IMG/VR virus record: IMGVR_UViG_3300025896_000021
DNA from: a virus
Taxonomy: Duplodnaviria; Heunggongvirae; Uroviricota; Caudoviricetes
Reading direction: 5' to 3' (one strand)
DNA length: 64,000 nucleotides
The notes beneath the pieces are model-generated. The model was not told the origin of the DNA and did no database searches. It saw nothing but the letters and a program-made list of their open reading frames with translations. Positions 58,944-64,000 of the stretch are shown one piece after another (the first letter of the stretch is position 1; each line of letters opens with the position of its first letter). The translations under genes were made by a program, and so were the position numbers.

Positions 58944-59651
58944 ATGATCGACATTAACCATACCCTAGATTTACTCAAGCTAAAGTTTTACAACGAATGG
59001 CTTTACACTGCACACCTTTATGACGAGGGTGATGCAGCATTTCACAAGCAACTAACTATTCAAATGGTCAATACATATATTGATCCGTTAAATCTACCAA
59101 AAGACGCATTGATATTAGATATGGGTTGCGGCCCTGGCTACTTTTTAGATGAAATGAAAGAACGTGGTTACACTAATTGTGTCGGAGTTACACTAAGTCC
59201 AGTTGATACTAAGATTTGTACTGATAAAGGGCACACTGTGAAGAACTATGATATGTCCTTCATTCCTCAAGTTGACGGGTACTATGACGAAAGTGTAGAC
59301 TTTATCTGGGCTAGACATTCATTAGAACACAGTCCGTACCCTATCATCACGTTAGCTGAATACAACCGATTATTAAAATTGAAGGGTAAAATGTATGTTG
59401 AAGTTCCTGCTCCGGATACTGAACGTAAGCACGAATACAATCTAAATCACTATAGTGTGTTAGGAATCCAGCAATGGGATGCACTATTAAAACGCACCGG
59501 GTTTACGGTTGAAGTATGCAATACAATTGATTTTGACGTACAGATGCCCGCAGATCCAGCTAAATCAGGACCTGATGATGAAAGAATTACAATGAAAGAA
59601 AAATTCTTTGTTATGATGACACATAAGCAATGTCCACTTGATATCAAGTAA
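58944..59651 (+). CDS. Class I SAM-dependent methyltransferase
   Basis: ILDMGCGPG, DFIWARHSLEH, LKLKGKMYVEVP; GATAAGTA 5 nt before ATG 58944. Confidence 0.85.
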   Translation: MIDINHTLDLLKLKFYNEWLYTAHLYDEGDAAFHKQLTIQMVNTYIDPLNLPKDALILDMGCGPGYFLDEMKERGYTNCVGVTLSPVDTKICTDKGHTVKNYDMSFIPQVDGYYDESVDFIWARHSLEHSPYPIITLAEYNRLLKLKGKMYVEVPAPDTERKHEYNLNHYSVLGIQQWDALLKRTGFTVEVCNTIDFDVQMPADPAKSGPDDERITMKEKFFVMMTHKQCPLDIK

Positions 59652-59668
59652 TTCAGATAAATACATAC

Positions 59669-59950
59669 ATGACGTTTGATGTATGGAAACAAGCTAAAAT
59701 ACAGAACGGTCTTGCAAAACTCAAGACCGTTCCTACACGTCAGGAAAACACTGACACTACCCTAGAAGATTTAAAGAAATTAAGTGGAATAACTCAGCAA
59801 GTTATAGGGGAAGAAAGTAATATCAGCATTACCGGAAATGAAAAAGCTCGGTTAATGAAAGAGCACAATATCAAGCCCGGAACTGATGAATGGTTTCAAC
59901 TATGGTTTTCAAGACCATATCTAACCGGCGAAAAGCCAGTAGGAAAATAA
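59669..59950 (+). CDS. Hypothetical protein
   Basis: 93 aa; GATAAATA 5 nt upstream. Confidence 0.65.
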   Translation: MTFDVWKQAKIQNGLAKLKTVPTRQENTDTTLEDLKKLSGITQQVIGEESNISITGNEKARLMKEHNIKPGTDEWFQLWFSRPYLTGEKPVGK

Positions 59951-59951
59951 T

Positions 59952-60143
59952 ATGGCAGCTAACGGAATATCAACAGAAGTAGGCGCTAACGCAGCAGCTA
60001 CTAAACTAAAGCGTAAGAATGACAAACTTGCGTTAGCTAAAACTAAACGCCAAGCAGTAGGTACACCCGGATATCGCCAATATAACAAATATACTAGTCC
60101 TGGCACAGTCGCCCCCGCTACCGGCCGACCCTGGACAAAGTAA
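59952..60143 (+). CDS. Small basic hypothetical protein
   Basis: 63 aa; AGGA SD. Confidence 0.6.
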   Translation: MAANGISTEVGANAAATKLKRKNDKLALAKTKRQAVGTPGYRQYNKYTSPGTVAPATGRPWTK

Positions 60144-60173
60144 TCGGGGTCAGTAGATCCAAATAAATACGTT

Positions 60174-61742
60174 ATGGCAAAACCCCCTACACCTATTAGT
60201 AACGCCCCGACGTTGGTCAAGAACCCGTACATTAAGACGCAATTCAGAAACGAAACAGAATTAAACGACTTCATTAAATGTTGTGATCCTGAAACGGGTT
60301 ATCTATATTTTATGGATAACTTCTTTATGATTCAGCACCCGACTAAGGGTAGCATGGTCTATCACCCTTGGGATTATCAAAGACGATTGATAGAAACATA
60401 TCACAAGTATCGTTATTCAATCTCATTGATGCCACGACAGTCAGGTAAGTCAACGTCAGCAGCAGGATACTTGCTTTGGTACGCTATGTTCGTACCCGAC
60501 TCAACGATATTAATTGCAGCACACAAGTACACAGGTGCTCAAGAAATTATGCAGCGTATTCGTTATGCATACGAGAACTGTCCTGATCACATTAAAGCAG
60601 GGGTAACTACATACAACAAAGGCTCATTAGACTTTGAAAATGGATCACGTATTGTTTCAGCAACTACTACTGAAAATACAGGTCGTGGTATGTCTATCAC
60701 ACTTCTATACTTAGATGAGTTCGCATTCGTGCGTCCCTCAATTGCAAAAGAGTTCTGGACTGCTATCACTCCTACATTGTCAACCGGTGGTAAAGCTATT
60801 ATCACTAGCACACCTAACTCAGACGAAGATCAATTTGCGTTCATTTGGAAGGGTGCTAATAAGTGTGAAGACGAATACGGCAATCCTACTGAATTGGGCG
60901 TTAACGGATTCAAGTCATATAGAGCATATTGGCCAGAGCAACCCGGCCGGGATGAACAGTGGGCCAAAGAAATGCAAGCTCAATTGGGAGAAGATCGTTT
61001 TAGGCGAGAAATTGGATGTGAGTTCATTATTGCTGATGAAACACTTATCAATCCAAGTACTCTTATTGATTTAGCAGGCATTGAGCCTATTCACCGTATT
61101 GGACAGATTCGCTGGTATAAGCGGCCTACTAAAGGCAGTGTATACGCCGTCAGTCTTGATCCATCATTGGGTACAGGTAGTGATCCTGCTGCAATTCAGA
61201 TATTCGAAGCAAACACTACTACGCAAGTTGGTGAGTGGAAGCACAATAAGACAGATATTCCTAGTCAGATCAAGTTACTAGCACAAATTACTAAGTACAT
61301 TTCAGATTGTACCGGTGAACCAAACAGCATCTACTATTCAATAGAGAACAACAGCATTGGTGAAGCTGCATTAGTGTCATTGAATGAGTATGGTGAAAGC
61401 AATATTCAGGGAATTTTCATTAGTGAGCCCGGAAAAAAGCGCAAAGGGTTCACTACAACTAATAAGAGCAAACTTGCAGCTTGTGCTAAATTTAAAACAT
61501 TAGTTGAAAACAAGAAACTGACAATTCATAGTCATAGTTTGATTACTGAGTTAAAGTCATTCATTGCTAATGCGGGTAGCTACGCTGCTAAGATAGGAGA
61601 AACTGACGATTTAGTTATGGCCTCTTTACTTGCAATCAGGGTTATCCAACAATTGAGTGAATATCATAGCGGATTGGACAGTCATATGCGTGACCATGAA
61701 GAATTCATAGCTCCATTACCCTTCTTTGCGGTACTGGGTTAA
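60174..61742 (+). CDS. terL: Terminase large subunit (T4 gp17-like)
   Basis: PRQSGKST Walker A, LLYLDEFAF Walker B, ITSTPN, nuclease SLDPSLG..D, IENN, DDLVMA. Confidence 0.93.
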   Translation: MAKPPTPISNAPTLVKNPYIKTQFRNETELNDFIKCCDPETGYLYFMDNFFMIQHPTKGSMVYHPWDYQRRLIETYHKYRYSISLMPRQSGKSTSAAGYLLWYAMFVPDSTILIAAHKYTGAQEIMQRIRYAYENCPDHIKAGVTTYNKGSLDFENGSRIVSATTTENTGRGMSITLLYLDEFAFVRPSIAKEFWTAITPTLSTGGKAIITSTPNSDEDQFAFIWKGANKCEDEYGNPTELGVNGFKSYRAYWPEQPGRDEQWAKEMQAQLGEDRFRREIGCEFIIADETLINPSTLIDLAGIEPIHRIGQIRWYKRPTKGSVYAVSLDPSLGTGSDPAAIQIFEANTTTQVGEWKHNKTDIPSQIKLLAQITKYISDCTGEPNSIYYSIENNSIGEAALVSLNEYGESNIQGIFISEPGKKRKGFTTTNKSKLAACAKFKTLVENKKLTIHSHSLITELKSFIANAGSYAAKIGETDDLVMASLLAIRVIQQLSEYHSGLDSHMRDHEEFIAPLPFFAVLG

Positions 61743-61764
61743 TATAATTTAAGATAAATACACT

Positions 61765-63654
61765 ATGTCAAAAAAACAAGAAAGCCTAAGGGCAGAATTA
61801 AGAAACATTCTTAGCAGGGGCGGCCGCTCTGTTATCAGCAAATCCAGTGATGGTAAAGCAGTTCCTGTACCTGAAGAAGCAGAAGTATTTGAAATTGACT
61901 TTGTTAAAGACGGTGAAAGTTACGGTAAAGTCTATGTATCAATTGACGGATTACATCAACTTATTGTTTATTTTGACGACAAAGTAGCAAATAGTCCCAA
62001 GAACGGTTCAGCCGACAGCGAATCATGGGAACAATTAGTTAGAACACTAAAGAGATTCGCTATGATGAAACAACTTAGTTTCAAACTAGAAGATTTAGAT
62101 AATTTGGAAAACGATATGGCAAAAAGAGAACACACAAAGAAGCAAGAAACAATGTACGAAGGTTATCATGCTCAGGGCAAGAAGGCCAGCTATAGCGACA
62201 CTGTCCCTACAACTAAGATGATTATCAAGCATAAGCGTAACATGGAAGAAGGTGAACAGCGATTCCGTCAAATTGACAAAATCTTTATTGAAAACTCAAT
62301 TGGTGAAAGAGCACTAGCACCAACTGACAAGCCTGGATTGGCACGTGTGTTCGCAAGACACATTGCAGAAGGTGGAAAAGCTAACGATGACCGTTGGAAT
62401 CATATCTCTGGTTTATGTGAAGAATACGGTAAGATGGCAGGATTTGTTCGTGCTACTCGTAATAATCAATTCAATGAATCAGCACAAAAATTAGTAACTG
62501 AAGGCATCAATCACTATCAGAAACTACGTGAATGTTTAGGCAAGATGTCAGGTAAGCGTGGCTACAACAATTACTTTGAAAGCTATACTCCATCATTGAT
62601 GGAAGATGAAGACAGTGTTGACTTAAGCGAAATGTTCATGTCTAGCAGTTTAGACCCTCGCATTGAAAGTGTAATGCCAATATTAAGTAAGTTAAGCAAG
62701 CACATCAGTGAAACAAGTGAAATGGCTGAGACTATTGCATTAGAAGAATGGGCAGACGATATCATCGGAGACTCACCAAAAGCAGCAACTAAAAGTAACA
62801 AGCCATCTGACAAAGAAGTTGCAAAGCGTATGCATGCCATTCTTAGTAAGGGCAAAGAAGAAGTAGAAGAAATGGACTCACAAGGTTATACTGGTAGCCG
62901 TGATGGTGGTGACCCTGATGCTGGCAAGAAAGAACATTACGGCAAAATGGCTAAGCCAGGTGATGTTGTCAAGCAAGGTGTAAGTAGTCTAAACAAAGCT
63001 ATGAGTTCTGCAAGACCATCTGATAAAGAAGTTGCCAAAAAGATGCATAGCATTTTAAGCAAAGGCAAAAAGGATGTAGCGGAAGAACAAGTTAATGAAC
63101 TAAGCAAAGGTACACTGAAGTCTTACTCAAAATCAGCGGGCCAAGATGTACACGCTGACCAACGTGACGCAGGTGGCGCAAGAGACCAAGCTGCCCATAG
63201 CAAGAAGCACGGTGATGTCAAGCAAAGTGCAGCATGGAAAGATGAAGCTGAATGGTTAGACAAACGTGCTGAAAAACGTGCCGGCGGTGTTGCCAGGGCA
63301 ACTACTAAGATTGCGCAAAAAGGTGTGGCAGAAGACACCGAAGAAGAATTATCTGACTTGTCTAAAATCAAAACTGCAAAGCTACAACAATTACATGCGC
63401 TACATAGTCATTATGGACAAACTGATCCACGTAGTAAATCAGCAGCACAGCGAGGTGCAGCAGAACTAAAAAGACGCGGGATAATTGTCCCCGGTGATAA
63501 GGAAGGTGTAGCAGAGGACCTAGATTCAGGGCAAAAAAGAGCAGGACAGTTCAGCCCGAAAGATGCTTATGCTAAGCCAGGTAGCTTAGTTGGTACAAAC
63601 GAAAGCAGTGACCCATTAGATCGTATAAAACAGATAATGAATCATCGCAGATAA
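61765..63654 (+). CDS. Hypothetical late protein with charged repetitive C-terminus (probable head-associated)
   Basis: 629 aa; GATAAATA 4 nt upstream; duplicated PSDKEVAKxMHxILSKGK; repeated xVAE motifs. Confidence 0.65.
   Translation: MSKKQESLRAELRNILSRGGRSVISKSSDGKAVPVPEEAEVFEIDFVKDGESYGKVYVSIDGLHQLIVYFDDKVANSPKNGSADSESWEQLVRTLKRFAMMKQLSFKLEDLDNLENDMAKREHTKKQETMYEGYHAQGKKASYSDTVPTTKMIIKHKRNMEEGEQRFRQIDKIFIENSIGERALAPTDKPGLARVFARHIAEGGKANDDRWNHISGLCEEYGKMAGFVRATRNNQFNESAQKLVTEGINHYQKLRECLGKMSGKRGYNNYFESYTPSLMEDEDSVDLSEMFMSSSLDPRIESVMPILSKLSKHISETSEMAETIALEEWADDIIGDSPKAATKSNKPSDKEVAKRMHAILSKGKEEVEEMDSQGYTGSRDGGDPDAGKKEHYGKMAKPGDVVKQGVSSLNKAMSSARPSDKEVAKKMHSILSKGKKDVAEEQVNELSKGTLKSYSKSAGQDVHADQRDAGGARDQAAHSKKHGDVKQSAAWKDEAEWLDKRAEKRAGGVARATTKIAQKGVAEDTEEELSDLSKIKTAKLQQLHALHSHYGQTDPRSKSAAQRGAAELKRRGIIVPGDKEGVAEDLDSGQKRAGQFSPKDAYAKPGSLVGTNESSDPLDRIKQIMNHRR
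62803..63069 (+). repeat. Duplicated 54-nt coding segment
   Basis: 62803-62856 and 63016-63069 both encode PSDKEVAK(R/K)MH(A/S)ILSKGK. Confidence 0.85.
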
Positions 63655-63663
63655 AGGGTTAAA

Positions 63664-63687
63664 AAACCGCATTTAATTATGCGGTTT
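63664..63687 (+). terminator. Hairpin, possible terminator
   Basis: AAACCGCAT-TTAATT-ATGCGGTTT. Confidence 0.55.
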
Positions 63688-63698
63688 CCCACATCCGT

Positions 63699-63737
63699 GA
63701 TAAATACTCTTGACATTAGAGAAAAGTATGTTATACT
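63699..63737 (+). promoter_or_regulatory. Tandem late-like (GATAAATA) and sigma70-type (TTGACA-N16-TATACT) promoters for SSB
   Basis: Both motifs are visible upstream of the SSB gene. Confidence 0.7.
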
Positions 63738-63816
63738 ATCTCATATGTTAGTTGCTTCATGGTGAAGCAGCGAATATTAAAACAGACTCCAAGTCAATGA
63801 AATAAGGAAATTTATT

Positions 63817-64000
63817 ATGGCATCTTTAGCAGAAATCCGCGCTCGTATTGCAGCGCAAGAAAACAAATCAAATTCTGGTTCTTCTCAACAATCAGACAAC
63901 TCAGTTTACCCCCACTGGAATATGGATGAAGGCACTACAGCTAGTCTACGTATCCTACCTGATGGTAATGCAAGCAACACCTTCTTCTGGGTTGAAAAAC
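63817..64000 (+). CDS. Single-stranded DNA-binding protein, T4 gp32-like (3' truncated; not in ORF track)
   Basis: AAGGA SD; MASLAEIRARI...DNSVYPHWNMDEGTTASLRILPDGNASNTFFWVEK resembles the gp32 N-terminus (xRFLP-like motif). Confidence 0.75.
   Translation, partial: MASLAEIRARIAAQENKSNSGSSQQSDNSVYPHWNMDEGTTASLRILPDGNASNTFFWVEK

Noticed and set aside
60174-61742. Intein or intron in the terminase (or in thyA)
   Set aside because: Both ORFs are continuous and of ordinary length, with no visible intein or homing-endonuclease motifs.
87-63469. Numerous short minus-strand and off-frame ORFs in the track (e.g. 6028-6255, 46456-46833, 48799-49305, 49166-49696, 59921-60274)
   Set aside because: They lie within or across well-supported + strand genes and lack SD, promoter or recognisable motifs.
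1-64000. Stop-codon reassignment as seen in some large phages
   Set aside because: Coding density is near complete under the standard code, and TAA, TAG and TGA all terminate plausible genes.

Overview
This 64-kb window is a densely coded segment of a large, AT-rich, T4-like (myovirus-type) bacteriophage genome. It uses the standard genetic code, and every convincing gene except one lies on the + strand. From left to right it holds: a baseplate/tail module (gp6-like wedge, a 5284-aa virion protein, tail-fibre-like proteins); a ~16-kb cluster of putative glycan-building and tailoring enzymes (GT-like proteins, two radical SAM paralogues, nucleotide-sugar dehydrogenase, PP-loop protein, Bug/TctC-like protein, carbamoyltransferase, repeat-bearing GT-like protein); an exported-protein operon; a circularly permuted two-piece tmRNA gene; desaturase and porin genes; a sigma70-driven block with a MoxR-type ATPase/VWA-metallopeptidase pair; DHFR, ThyA and an epimerase; spanins; a secreted nuclease; terminase large subunit; and the start of a gp32-like SSB. 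Spanins, the porin, the Bug-like protein and the tmRNA tag point to a Gram-negative, probably betaproteobacterial host (inference). The strongest novelty candidates are: (1) the permuted tmRNA (tag ANDSVYALAA), whose excised intervening segment is almost exactly filled by an RBS-preceded 49-codon ORF; (2) late-promoter motifs (TAAATA/TAAGTA) placed 4-5 nt before SD-less start codons, implying widespread leaderless late mRNAs; (3) the glycan-tailoring cluster directly behind the tail genes; (4) an 18-nt covarying hairpin/palindrome shared by two promoters 18 kb apart. All protein family calls come from motif recognition by eye; no database search was run.
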